This document shows, in pieces, positions 49,401 through 59,061 of a DNA stretch of 64,000 nucleotides. Position 1 is the first letter of the stretch; each line of letters opens with the position of its first letter. A program made the translations under genes and the position numbers. The DNA comes from an uncultured virus (IMG/VR IMGVR_UViG_3300049793_000365) (taxonomy: Duplodnaviria; Heunggongvirae; Uroviricota; Caudoviricetes): IMG/VR virus record IMGVR_UViG_3300049793_000365; one strand, written 5' to 3'. The notes beneath the pieces are model-generated. The model worked only from the letters and a program-made list of their open reading frames with translations. It did not search any database and was not told where the DNA came from.

Positions 49401-49450
49401 AAAAAGATAGAAAAAGATAGAAAAAGATAGCATATTTGTTATCTTTTTCT
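49401..49450 (+). terminator. Terminator-like hairpin with three tandem AAAAAGATAG repeats
   Basis: Repeat 49401-49430; AGAAAAAGATAGCA pairs with TGTTATCTTTTTCT. Confidence 0.55.
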
Positions 49451-49463
49451 TATTTTTGGTCAT

Positions 49464-49808
49464 ATGCCTACATTTAATTCGTTTAAGGAATGGTACAGTG
49501 AGAACGGTACTAAAGAAGAACTAAGTCAATTGAGTAATCTTGAAGTACTCAATGGTTTGAAATCAATAGTGGATATAAAGTCAGCTTTAATCCAATCTCA
49601 GAAATATGAAATGGCGGCTAGAGCCAGGGATTTAGAAAAAACATTATACGACTACATCAACGAACATTACTGTAAACTCGGACTTGGGTTTACTTGTTAT
49701 AATATGACTGATGTACAGTCTATTATTAAATATGAGCTTAAGATAGTTAACCGAAATGAAAGTATCGATAGAATAACAAAAAATGGGTTGTCAGAAGAAG
49801 AAGATTGA
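49464..49808 (+). CDS. Protein with UVR-like helix pair and tag variant (RNESIDRI)
   Basis: K.ALIQSQKYEMAARARDLEK. Confidence 0.6.
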   Translation: MPTFNSFKEWYSENGTKEELSQLSNLEVLNGLKSIVDIKSALIQSQKYEMAARARDLEKTLYDYINEHYCKLGLGFTCYNMTDVQSIIKYELKIVNRNESIDRITKNGLSEEED

Positions 49809-49956
49809 TAAAATAAAAGCTATGTTAATCATAGCCAACGCGAATAAACCAACACAAAAGAGCTTCAAAAGAAGAGAAATTAATTATTATTTCTGTACGG
49901 AGTGTAAGTCATATCACACTACATCACAGAAGCGCAGAAATAGCTCTGTCTCTTAG
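49783..49956 (+). CDS. Small zinc-finger protein (57 aa)
   Basis: Manual translation ending ...YYFCTECKSYHTTS. Confidence 0.6.
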   Translation: MGCQKKKIDKIKAMLIIANANKPTQKSFKRREINYYFCTECKSYHTTSQKRRNSSVS

Positions 49957-50478
49957 TTGTTCTTGGTCTGTATAAAACCAAATGGTTTTCTCATAAGCCA
50001 TTTTCATTTGCTTCCAATCTGGAACTGATGTCCACTTACCAAATATATAAACTTCACATGAACCCCAAGGTATCACTGAGTTTATTTCAGAACCTCTTTC
50101 AATAATTGAGCAATAAATACCGTCTTTGCTATATTTAGGATTAGCATTACATAGATATTCAACATTCCACATCCATGTGCGTGGTCTATCTACAAATCTA
50201 AACTCAACTGTTTGGTCACACGGTAGAGTTTCTACGTGCATTGCTATTTTTGGATATGAGATTTTGTGTATTTTTCTATCATTATCCCAGTGAGATACTT
50301 GGTATAAAAATGTTTCACCGAAACTAAGATTGAATAATTTTGGAATAGTATTTTTACCCCAGAAACTATTCTTATCGAAGATAGGATCTATATCAGCTAA
50401 TTCAATATATTTGTTTTTACTTTCGAGGGCTTTGTTGTATGCGTCTTTCGACATTTTACTATATTCTTCGTCACTCAT
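49924..50478 (-). CDS. Hypothetical protein with C-terminal tag (RDRAISALL)
   Basis: ORF. Confidence 0.65.
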   Translation of the reverse strand: MSDEEYSKMSKDAYNKALESKNKYIELADIDPIFDKNSFWGKNTIPKLFNLSFGETFLYQVSHWDNDRKIHKISYPKIAMHVETLPCDQTVEFRFVDRPRTWMWNVEYLCNANPKYSKDGIYCSIIERGSEINSVIPWGSCEVYIFGKWTSVPDWKQMKMAYEKTIWFYTDQEQLRDRAISALL

Positions 50479-50924
50479 ATTATCTCATTCAATTTTATAT
50501 CCCTAAATTTACTTCTAACGCTGGGTAAGTCGTTAAAGCACACTTTCTTTCCCTTGTCCGGGTTAATTGCAAAGAATGGTTGACCCCATTCTCTATATTC
50601 ACTATCTGTACATAAGAAGCGATGCCAATATGTATATAAGTTATTACCACAATCGTTTAGATATCTACCAACAATTCCTTGTCTGTGTACCTTTTCTTCG
50701 AGAAAAATATCTTGTTTCAAAACCTCATAACAATATTGAAGAAAGAGCTTTTGACACTTTTCTACTACCTCAGGACTGTGTTGAATATACCCGGAACCAT
50801 TCGCAAAACTTGGTGTATCGGATTTATTTAAATCACTGTCGATTAATGATGTCAGACCTATAACCATTGGTGCTAATATCTCACAACATCTTTTATCTAT
50901 CTCTTTGTTATCAATTTTTTGCAT
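50475..50924 (-). CDS. Hypothetical protein with C-terminal tag (RDIKLNEII)
   Basis: ORF. Confidence 0.65.
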   Translation of the reverse strand: MQKIDNKEIDKRCCEILAPMVIGLTSLIDSDLNKSDTPSFANGSGYIQHSPEVVEKCQKLFLQYCYEVLKQDIFLEEKVHRQGIVGRYLNDCGNNLYTYWHRFLCTDSEYREWGQPFFAINPDKGKKVCFNDLPSVRSKFRDIKLNEII

Positions 50925-51349
50925 AATTCTATATTTATGTTCTGAAATTCATTTAAAACAGGGGTAGCTTCTTCGAGAGTAACCCATTTAAAGTCATCCA
51001 TTTCGTGAAATACTGCTTTACCATCGCGATATACCCAAGAGTGACACTTGAGTTCATGTTTGTCAAAAGAATCGTTTACCTTAACTAAAAATCCCTTTAG
51101 ATACTTATTAGTATTTCTATATCTGACATAATCAAATGGGACTACCGTTTCAATTTTAGAACTGAAGTCTTTTAAATCAACGTTTGTCTCTTCCCATAAT
51201 TCTCTCACTGCTACTTCATACTCAGAAGTTTCACCATCATCAATTCTACCTTTTGGTATTGACCAAACATTTGGACCATGATTCGTAGGATGAGCAATAA
51301 GTAGCTTATTCTCATTATTGAACAAATATATACCGCAACTAATCTTCAT
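50897..51349 (-). CDS. Nudix hydrolase
   Basis: WSIPKG.IDDGE....VAVRELWEET. Confidence 0.9.
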   Translation of the reverse strand: MKISCGIYLFNNENKLLIAHPTNHGPNVWSIPKGRIDDGETSEYEVAVRELWEETNVDLKDFSSKIETVVPFDYVRYRNTNKYLKGFLVKVNDSFDKHELKCHSWVYRDGKAVFHEMDDFKWVTLEEATPVLNEFQNINIELCKKLITKR

Positions 51350-51878
51350 CTATTATACTGTTTACTTTTAATTCTCTTAACAATGCTTCAAGGTTGACTT
51401 TATATGAGTCAACTGGTATGTCATTTCTGTACATATATATCGTTAATAGCTTATCGTCACTATATGTACTTACAACATTTATATCCTTCTCAAATGGTGG
51501 ATAGTGCCAATTGAATGTATAGTCAAATTTTTCATCAAGTTTTTTAACTACATATTTAAATACAGACCTCAGACCACCAAATGCTAAATCATTATCTACA
51601 AGTGTTATAAACCCACCAACGGTTTCGTCTATATAATCTGTTATTTGTAATTCTCTCATTATTTTTGAATTATGTTTCTTTACCCATCCCAACGTTTCGA
51701 ATTTACTATTGAGCAACATATCCAAACTATATTTATATGGCGTTGCCATTTGAGTATCTTTGAAAGAATACGTTTCATCCGGATTCATAAATAATATAGA
51801 GCCATCAGATATCCTTCGTATCTGTGCCGCTACATATCCGAATTTCTCGGCTTCTTCTTTAGATTTAAACCCACTCAT
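51339..51878 (-). CDS. Hypothetical protein with C-terminal tag (RELKVNSII)
   Basis: ORF; start probably MSGFKS. Confidence 0.6.
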   Translation of the reverse strand: MSGFKSKEEAEKFGYVAAQIRRISDGSILFMNPDETYSFKDTQMATPYKYSLDMLLNSKFETLGWVKKHNSKIMRELQITDYIDETVGGFITLVDNDLAFGGLRSVFKYVVKKLDEKFDYTFNWHYPPFEKDINVVSTYSDDKLLTIYMYRNDIPVDSYKVNLEALLRELKVNSIIDED

Positions 51879-52035
51879 TCTTGTGTTTTGGTTTACGTGT
51901 ATATGTTTTGGCACTTTTGTGTACGCGATTCATATTACAACGTGTACCTTCTTCTATTTCAATGTTTCGCCTAACAGTACGCTCTATATTGAGAATTTGG
52001 TCTTTTGTTATTTTTATATTTTTGAGCTTTTTCAT
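51865..52035 (-). CDS. Small basic protein (56 aa) ending RVHKSAKTYTRKPKHK
   Basis: Manual translation; CCGTATATTTACG promoter variant upstream. Confidence 0.6.
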   Translation of the reverse strand: MKKLKNIKITKDQILNIERTVRRNIEIEEGTRCNMNRVHKSAKTYTRKPKHKNEWV

Positions 52036-52145
52036 ATCTCACCTTTTATTTCGTAAATATACGGATTTTATTTAAAATAACCAAGATTCTTTAGTAAACA
52101 AACAGCGAATATTCTAATATATAAAGAAAAATAACACTGAATCCA

Positions 52146-52547
52146 ATGATTAAGGTAAAGAATTCACAATTAGACAGCGAAACATTAGACGTAATCAATA
52201 AAATTATTGACCAGAAAATAAAAGCCTCTGCTGCTTTCAAGTTAGCTCGAATAGTTAAAGATTTGTCTTCTATTGTTGAAGAGAAGATGAAGCAAGAAAA
52301 GCGCATTCTTGAGAAATGGGCAGAAAAAGATGCTGATGGTACAATTTTATCGCCACAAGATGCTGATGGTAAGGTAATCCCTAACTCAGTTAAGATTATG
52401 GATATGAACGCATTCAACCAGGATATGATTGATTTGATGGAAGTTGAAAATGAACTTACTCACACATTATTAAAATTTGATGAGCTTGGTTTAGAAACAG
52501 ATATCACAACAAAAGAATTACTTAAAATTGACTTTTTATTTGAATAA
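52146..52547 (+). CDS. Hypothetical phage protein
   Basis: ORF; AATATATA 52116-52123. Confidence 0.7.
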   Translation: MIKVKNSQLDSETLDVINKIIDQKIKASAAFKLARIVKDLSSIVEEKMKQEKRILEKWAEKDADGTILSPQDADGKVIPNSVKIMDMNAFNQDMIDLMEVENELTHTLLKFDELGLETDITTKELLKIDFLFE

Positions 52548-53011
52548 TGAATCAAATATTATCTACTTATGAGAAGCATAGGGATGATGTCTACAAAGCA
52601 ATGAATAAGAATCCAGATGCCGTCTATTATTTTAAAGACGGCATTCTTTTTTTGATACTTCATTCTGAACACTCATCTAATCGAAAATATGGTTTTACAA
52701 AGGTTCCATTGTCGGAGTATTTCGATGATTGGTACAATACCGTTAATGGTATGATTGATTATATATGTACATCAAGTGTTGTTTCGCAATTCGGTGGTGT
52801 TCATAAATACACTACCTACGATTTTGACTCACTTGTTGAACTTGAATCATTTCTTAAAGAGAAATATATGACACATAATATAACCATATCATATTTTGAC
52901 TGTCTAAAACACAATGATGTACAAGATATTATACAATATCGAATAGTAGCAAATCTATTTGAGACCAAACAGAAAACCAGAAAGGTTAAACTGGAAGACT
53001 TATTGAGTTGA
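52547..53011 (+). CDS. Hypothetical protein with tag variant (RKVKLEDLL)
   Basis: ORF. Confidence 0.65.
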   Translation: MNQILSTYEKHRDDVYKAMNKNPDAVYYFKDGILFLILHSEHSSNRKYGFTKVPLSEYFDDWYNTVNGMIDYICTSSVVSQFGGVHKYTTYDFDSLVELESFLKEKYMTHNITISYFDCLKHNDVQDIIQYRIVANLFETKQKTRKVKLEDLLS

Positions 53012-53049
53012 CAAAAATAATATATACTTAAAATCTTTAAAGTGTATTA

Positions 53050-54486
53050 ATGTCAACATATAGTATAAATAATGGTCAAATCACAGAAGCAGTAAAACTG
53101 AACAATTTACAAGATGTATTTATTGGTTTACCTGATAATACCTCTAAGTTAATTGCTCCAGTTGATGTTAGAAATGCTGTTTACACAACATGGGAGAATA
53201 TCTTATTGAAGTCAACCATAGTTGGTTCTTCATCTGTTGTATATACTGGCTATGATTTATCTAATCTGAGACAGAAATTTTACTTCGGTAAAAAGACTAA
53301 CTTGGGTATGGATATTATGACCAATACTTTATTAAGTGGTACTATATCAGATGTTGACGTATTTTTTTACAATAATAAATCTGATGTTGATACAAATCAG
53401 AATACTAAGATTGCTTTCTTAGCTGGTACAACATCTTATAACTTTGCTAATGCTCCATATATCGAAGCAAGACAAGTTACTTTCCCATCTTCTATCGATT
53501 TATACATAAATAACACTGGTTATATCGGATTCGGTATGACTGCTGGTAAGATTGATATTGATGCGGCTTTGGTAAGCATAAAGGGTGTTAGATATCCAGT
53601 TGCTCCTACTAGTAGTAGTTTGTTTTTAACAACGGACATTGCTGGTAATGCTTTTTGGGCATCACCTACTATCACAAATATTAGTAATCCAGGCGCAACA
53701 GTTTCAATTGTTGGTTCTCCTGTTTTAGTTAATGGTTATCCATTAGAATATACAAACGCATTTCCGTCACAAGTTACGGTTGGTGGTATACCAGCGGGTA
53801 CTACATTTAGTAATGTATCTGTTTCACAGATGTTTGATAGTATTTTCTATCCTTACTTAACACCAATTATATCATTGAACACAAGTACATTGGTTTATGA
53901 ATATGGTTCATCTTTTGCACCACAATTATTCTGGTCAATACAAGCAAGAACTTTAGATGTTACATCAGCTACGTTAAGTGGTGCTGTATCTCCTATATTA
54001 CCTGGTGTTTCAGCGTCAAGTACGTTATCAGGAACATCGTCATCATTGAGTATAACAACTACTAACCCAACAGCAAGTTGGACGTTAGACGTATCTGATG
54101 GTACTGTTTCAGTTGCTACAACAATCGTAGCTACAAGAGTATTTCCATTCTTTTATGGTATGACATCAGCCGCTACAATGAGTGGTGTTACATTATACAC
54201 TAATTTAACAAAAGATATAGATGGCTTTAGTGATAAAGCATATTTATATAGTGGTATAAATGAGTTTATGTATTTTGCATATCCATCAACATATGGTACT
54301 GTATCTGAAATATTTGACCAGAACTTATATCAAGTGTATAATCATGCTGGTGGTGGAGCATTCACATATTCATTATCAACAGTAGCAAGTACAGGATTAG
54401 GTAGTAACTGGTCTACAAGCTTTTATGTATATAAAACAAATTTATCAACATCTAACTACGGATACCAATTCCAGTTTGTGTTTTAA
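53050..54486 (+). CDS. Putative virion structural protein
   Basis: Ser/Thr-rich beta-type sequence, VGGIPAGTTF, YFAYP..YG; AATATATA upstream. Confidence 0.6.
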   Translation: MSTYSINNGQITEAVKLNNLQDVFIGLPDNTSKLIAPVDVRNAVYTTWENILLKSTIVGSSSVVYTGYDLSNLRQKFYFGKKTNLGMDIMTNTLLSGTISDVDVFFYNNKSDVDTNQNTKIAFLAGTTSYNFANAPYIEARQVTFPSSIDLYINNTGYIGFGMTAGKIDIDAALVSIKGVRYPVAPTSSSLFLTTDIAGNAFWASPTITNISNPGATVSIVGSPVLVNGYPLEYTNAFPSQVTVGGIPAGTTFSNVSVSQMFDSIFYPYLTPIISLNTSTLVYEYGSSFAPQLFWSIQARTLDVTSATLSGAVSPILPGVSASSTLSGTSSSLSITTTNPTASWTLDVSDGTVSVATTIVATRVFPFFYGMTSAATMSGVTLYTNLTKDIDGFSDKAYLYSGINEFMYFAYPSTYGTVSEIFDQNLYQVYNHAGGGAFTYSLSTVASTGLGSNWSTSFYVYKTNLSTSNYGYQFQFVF

Positions 54487-54499
54487 AAATAATTAAGTT

Positions 54500-55924
54500 A
54501 TGGCAGGAATTAATATAATAGATGGATTTAATGTAAACGCTTCTTCCCCGGTAGATTATAGGATAGTTGCGTCAAATTCTACTGACCGTGATGCTATTTT
54601 TTACAAGTATGATGGTTTGAAAGTTTTCCAATTAACAGATAGAAGAACATATACTTATAATTCAATAAGTGCTACATGGAGTACTGATATTGTTGGTACT
54701 GGTAATACATTAGCCATGTTTGGTGCGAGTGGTTCAAGTCTAATTAACTCAGTAGTAAGTCAATCTGTAAGTGGTGTTAATTCAACTCTAACAGTCAGTG
54801 GTGTTAATACAACATTGATGTCAACTGGTACTGTTTCTATAATAGGTTCTGCCGGACTTTTCAATTTAGTAAGTTTGTTTCCTCTTGTTATTACTTATAC
54901 TAGAGGTGGTAACGTTAGGTTAATTGGTGGTTCAGCATTTAATGCTAGTTACTCTGGTCATGCTTACGTTTGTGGTGGTGGTCCAAGTGGTAATGTTTAT
55001 ATTGGTTATGATGGTGCTTCATTTATTGGTAAAATTGGTATTAAAACATCAACATTTGATGCTGGTATTGATTATCAAATTGCTCCAACGACTGCATTCA
55101 ATAGCTTCGTTAGATTTAAACAATATACTGAAACTACTGCTAATGCGTATTTCTATAATAGCACAACAAGTTTAACATCTTCTGCTTATATCAGAAGTAC
55201 TAATAATTATTCTACACATTTGGTTCCTGATTATACATGGTATAACAATGACCAAGTAGGTATATTTCACCCAGCAGCTAATACAATGGGTTTCTCTATT
55301 GCTGGTGCTACTGCGGCTGTAATTAATGCTAATAGACAAATTGAAATAAACAGATCCACTGTTGCTTTACCATCCCTTGCTATTAGCGGAGATTTAAATA
55401 CTGGTATAACCCAACTTACATCTGATGGTGGTGATACATTAGCATTGGTAGTAGGTGGTGCTACTAAAATTAAATTACATACATTTGAATTAAGTGCTAC
55501 GATACATAATACAAGTGGTGCTACTGGTAGTAATTTGAATCCAGCTATTGGTTCTGGTACATATATACCAGTTGTGTCATCTACTGCAAATATAGACGCA
55601 ACATCAGTTGGTGCTTTTCAATGGTCTCGTGTTGGTAACGTAGTAACTGTATCTGGTCAAGTCGATATTACACCGACTGCTACATCTACAACAACATCAC
55701 TTTTATTAAGTTTACCAGTTGGGTCAGCAATGGCATCATTTGGTAGATTAGCTGGATGTGCTACATCAATAGATGCTTTCACAACTGCTCCGACAAACAT
55801 TGCGGCTGCTGTATATGCTGAAACAAGCAAGGCTAGAGTAAAATTTAGTTCTACTACAACTACTATGTGGTCTTGGTTTGTACACTACACATATTGCGTA
55901 GTTGATGAAAGCTTATTATTCTAA
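54500..55924 (+). CDS. Putative tail/fibre structural protein
   Basis: GTYIP...WSRVGNVVTVSG tail-fibre-like C-terminus. Confidence 0.6.
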   Translation: MAGINIIDGFNVNASSPVDYRIVASNSTDRDAIFYKYDGLKVFQLTDRRTYTYNSISATWSTDIVGTGNTLAMFGASGSSLINSVVSQSVSGVNSTLTVSGVNTTLMSTGTVSIIGSAGLFNLVSLFPLVITYTRGGNVRLIGGSAFNASYSGHAYVCGGGPSGNVYIGYDGASFIGKIGIKTSTFDAGIDYQIAPTTAFNSFVRFKQYTETTANAYFYNSTTSLTSSAYIRSTNNYSTHLVPDYTWYNNDQVGIFHPAANTMGFSIAGATAAVINANRQIEINRSTVALPSLAISGDLNTGITQLTSDGGDTLALVVGGATKIKLHTFELSATIHNTSGATGSNLNPAIGSGTYIPVVSSTANIDATSVGAFQWSRVGNVVTVSGQVDITPTATSTTTSLLLSLPVGSAMASFGRLAGCATSIDAFTTAPTNIAAAVYAETSKARVKFSSTTTTMWSWFVHYTYCVVDESLLF

Positions 55925-56608
55925 TTAATCGTCGATTTTTTCAAACCACCAATTGAAGTAAATCCAATTGCTACCAACTAACTGATAATATTTATTAGAG
56001 ATTGAAAATACGATTCTATTATCGAAAGCTCTTTCGAGTTTAATAGCCGTACCACTACTTAGAATTTTCTCTTCACCTGTATTTATGTCTATGGCAATAA
56101 TCTCTTTCAGAGAACGCCATTCACCTGCTACTGGTGTTAAGAATTTTTTAATAGTTTTTAGAATAATTCCTTTGGTTCTGATTATCCATTCCTTTGTAAT
56201 ATGAAGATTGTTTTGGTCTTTGAATACTTCACTTGTCAATGATGCGTCTCTTGTTGTGATATTTCTAATAACACCCCAATAGTCATTCTCATCAATTATA
56301 AATTCTATGTAAACATCCCAATCACCAGCATTATTTGGTAATATTCTTAATATTTTAAGCGCAGAAATTTCTTGTCTATCTGACATCATAGCTTTTCGTA
56401 AAGCCGCCCATGATTGTGTGTTCATAACACCACCCATAATTGAATTAAGTCTTGCGTTAGCTTGTCTAATTAAATCTTGATGCTTATCAAAAGCATCCGC
56501 TGATAGTTGTGCATCATCTACATGAGTAGAAGCTTGAACTGAATCGGAATTCATTCTTTGGTTGTTAAACTCAGTAAATTCGAGTATCAGATTAGGTTTG
56601 CGTTTCAT
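55925..56608 (-). CDS. Hypothetical protein with leader-like N-terminus (LILEFTEFN)
   Basis: ORF from the palindromic TATATA box. Confidence 0.7.
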   Translation of the reverse strand: MKRKPNLILEFTEFNNQRMNSDSVQASTHVDDAQLSADAFDKHQDLIRQANARLNSIMGGVMNTQSWAALRKAMMSDRQEISALKILRILPNNAGDWDVYIEFIIDENDYWGVIRNITTRDASLTSEVFKDQNNLHITKEWIIRTKGIILKTIKKFLTPVAGEWRSLKEIIAIDINTGEEKILSSGTAIKLERAFDNRIVFSISNKYYQLVGSNWIYFNWWFEKIDD

Positions 56609-56611
56609 AGG

Positions 56612-56627
56612 TTTAATATATATTAAA
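56612..56627. promoter_or_regulatory. Palindromic putative late promoter serving two divergent genes
   Basis: TTTAATATATATTAAA fills the 20-bp gap between two ATGs. Confidence 0.6.
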
Positions 56628-56628
56628 T

Positions 56629-57435
56629 ATGCTCAAGCGATATTTCGACTTTATAAATGAATCTTTAATCACTGGTGAATTACCACGCGATTATGAGTTG
56701 GATTTAGACTTCATAAAACATTCATTTGAAGATTTTGAGATAAAAGTTAGAATTATGGATGATTCATACCATGATAATGAAGGTAGATTAGTACACGAAG
56801 GTGATAAAAAGTATATAGACCGAACGGATGTATATGTAACGAAAGACATATTCATAGATGGTGCTGATATAAATAGAGATGAAGTTAAATCAATTGTCGT
56901 AAAGCTACTTAGAAGATTAGAAATAGATGGATATAGAGTAAATAGATTTAATGGGACTATTGGTGGTGATACGATAAACTACATAAGATTGGTTATCTAT
57001 CCAAAAGTAACTCCAGTAAAAGAAGCAATTGAAGTACCGAGTATTACACCCATTAAAGGGGAATTGCCAACTACTGAATATTTACGTGCCTTAACTACTG
57101 AAATAGAAGATGAAGGTGTGTATGTTAATTTCTCTAATCCAATACATTCTTCTGATGGTATGACTGTTGATTTGAATAGAGTTAATAGGTTACTAATGAA
57201 TGGTGAGTATGCTGGTACGCAGAAGAGAGACATTTTATCTCGTAAATACTACTTGTGTTATAATGTTATGTTTTCAGTTGATTCACCAGAGGATATTAAT
57301 TCATATAATACATACATTAATAAAATTATTAAAAAGCTTGAACATGATGGCTTTAAATGTGCGTTTTATAATGATTTGGGTAGTGGTATTAAGGATTTAT
57401 TGAAGACAGTTATAATTTACCCGAAAGTAAAATAA
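56629..57435 (+). CDS. Leader-bearing protein (MLKRYFDFINES) with an internal domain duplication
   Basis: GELP...LE.DG...IYPKV occurs twice. Confidence 0.7.
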   Translation: MLKRYFDFINESLITGELPRDYELDLDFIKHSFEDFEIKVRIMDDSYHDNEGRLVHEGDKKYIDRTDVYVTKDIFIDGADINRDEVKSIVVKLLRRLEIDGYRVNRFNGTIGGDTINYIRLVIYPKVTPVKEAIEVPSITPIKGELPTTEYLRALTTEIEDEGVYVNFSNPIHSSDGMTVDLNRVNRLLMNGEYAGTQKRDILSRKYYLCYNVMFSVDSPEDINSYNTYINKIIKKLEHDGFKCAFYNDLGSGIKDLLKTVIIYPKVK

Positions 57436-57445
57436 TATATAAGAT

Positions 57446-57772
57446 ATGAAAAACATCAAGAAATTTAAAACATTCGAATCATCTGCCGCTGAGATAGATC
57501 CAACAAGGGTAAACGAAATAATGGATGACCTAACGGCTGCTATTTCAGACTTATCTAAGTATCGCGACAAGTTTATTAACTACTCAAAGGAGTTATCTAA
57601 CTTCCAAAACAAGTCAGATGAGAAGGGTAATGACCAAATTGATGACGCTGTATTAAATTTAGCAGAATCACATGATGATGTTGATGCATTAATAGCGAAA
57701 ATTGATAATATCAATACTGTTCTAAGAGATTATTTAGATAATGGTAGACAATATTTATATACCGGAAAATGA
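57446..57772 (+). CDS. Leader-bearing coiled-coil protein (MKNIKKFKTFES)
   Basis: Leader; AATATATA 57434-57441. Confidence 0.7.
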   Translation: MKNIKKFKTFESSAAEIDPTRVNEIMDDLTAAISDLSKYRDKFINYSKELSNFQNKSDEKGNDQIDDAVLNLAESHDDVDALIAKIDNINTVLRDYLDNGRQYLYTGK

Positions 57773-59061
57773 GATTAAAACGATATCACAATTTTAAATT
57801 AAATGAGGCATTGGATGAGAAGTACATCACAGAAGATGAACTTGAATATGCATTGCAGGGAATTAGAGATATCGATGATGATATAACTGACGTTGATGTT
57901 TCTTTTAAATTAATAAAAGAATTAGATGGTGTTCAGAAAGATTCACAATACGTTATGAATTTTCCTGGTCATCAGGATAAAGAAACAGAATTGAAGTATG
58001 ACTTCTATGATTCGGTTGTACCAGGTACAGAAGGTTATATAGCATATGAAGTTACTATAACATACGATTATATTTCAAAAAGTAAACCATCCGACACTTT
58101 CATAATTAGTGATGATGACTTTGATTTATCTGAGGAAATGGAATCTGAGGTTAATCGTTTTATAAAAAGAGTTAGAGCTGATTTTAAAGTTAATTTACTT
58201 GATTGGTATATAAAAGACACGAGTAATTTATCTAGTGATATTCATCCAGTAATAACAGTATATTTCTATAAGCCTTTTCAGATTAAAATTACAGTAGAAG
58301 ATTTTGTTAAATTCTATGACATAACTAATTATGTAGTTGAGAATAATAAACTATACATGGATGTATTATTATCAGATGTAGTTCCTGTTTTTATTAAAGA
58401 TGATAAGCAAGAAGAGTGGTTATGTAAACGAGTTATTGATGATGATTATTTTTGGGATTACACTACCAGCGCGAGTGATGTTGAATATGCTTTGAATAAA
58501 GAACACACTGAAATGTTGATTAAGTATTTCGCTGATACATACTTTGATGGTAGTATTGAAGCACTGAACGAAGAGTTTGATAGCGACTTTGAAAAAATGC
58601 TTGAGGAATATAGTTCAAGTGGGGATTCTAATGTAGAAGTATTATTTGATACGTATAGGAATATGTATTGTGATTCGTTACAAAATAAACATACCGAAGA
58701 ATTAGAAACTGAATTTTTTAGATACATTGAAAAGAATTATAGCTTAAACGGTAGAATTATTGAAAAGGATATCGAACAAACTATTGAGGTTAAATATAAA
58801 ACCAAGGATGATAATGGTAAACTTATCGACAAATGGCATAAAGAAACAGTTTATACAGACAAATATAGATTTGAATTTGATTTTGATTCACTTAAATATT
58901 ATGATATGGATAGAATAAAGGGTGATGGTCTAAGCCTATGGGAAGTATGGCGCGAAGCAAACGACCCAGAAAGAACTACATTAGAACCTTATTACTCAGA
59001 CCACGGTGATGTAAACTATCCTGACTTTAACACAGAGATTGCATACATTTTTAAAGAATAG
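57769..59061 (+). CDS. Leader-bearing acidic protein (MRLKRYHNFKLNE)
   Basis: Leader motif, 430 aa. Confidence 0.7.
   Translation: MRLKRYHNFKLNEALDEKYITEDELEYALQGIRDIDDDITDVDVSFKLIKELDGVQKDSQYVMNFPGHQDKETELKYDFYDSVVPGTEGYIAYEVTITYDYISKSKPSDTFIISDDDFDLSEEMESEVNRFIKRVRADFKVNLLDWYIKDTSNLSSDIHPVITVYFYKPFQIKITVEDFVKFYDITNYVVENNKLYMDVLLSDVVPVFIKDDKQEEWLCKRVIDDDYFWDYTTSASDVEYALNKEHTEMLIKYFADTYFDGSIEALNEEFDSDFEKMLEEYSSSGDSNVEVLFDTYRNMYCDSLQNKHTEELETEFFRYIEKNYSLNGRIIEKDIEQTIEVKYKTKDDNGKLIDKWHKETVYTDKYRFEFDFDSLKYYDMDRIKGDGLSLWEVWREANDPERTTLEPYYSDHGDVNYPDFNTEIAYIFKE

Noticed and set aside
49401..49430. Three 10-bp repeats as iterons
   Set aside because: Better explained as slippage expansion of a terminator arm
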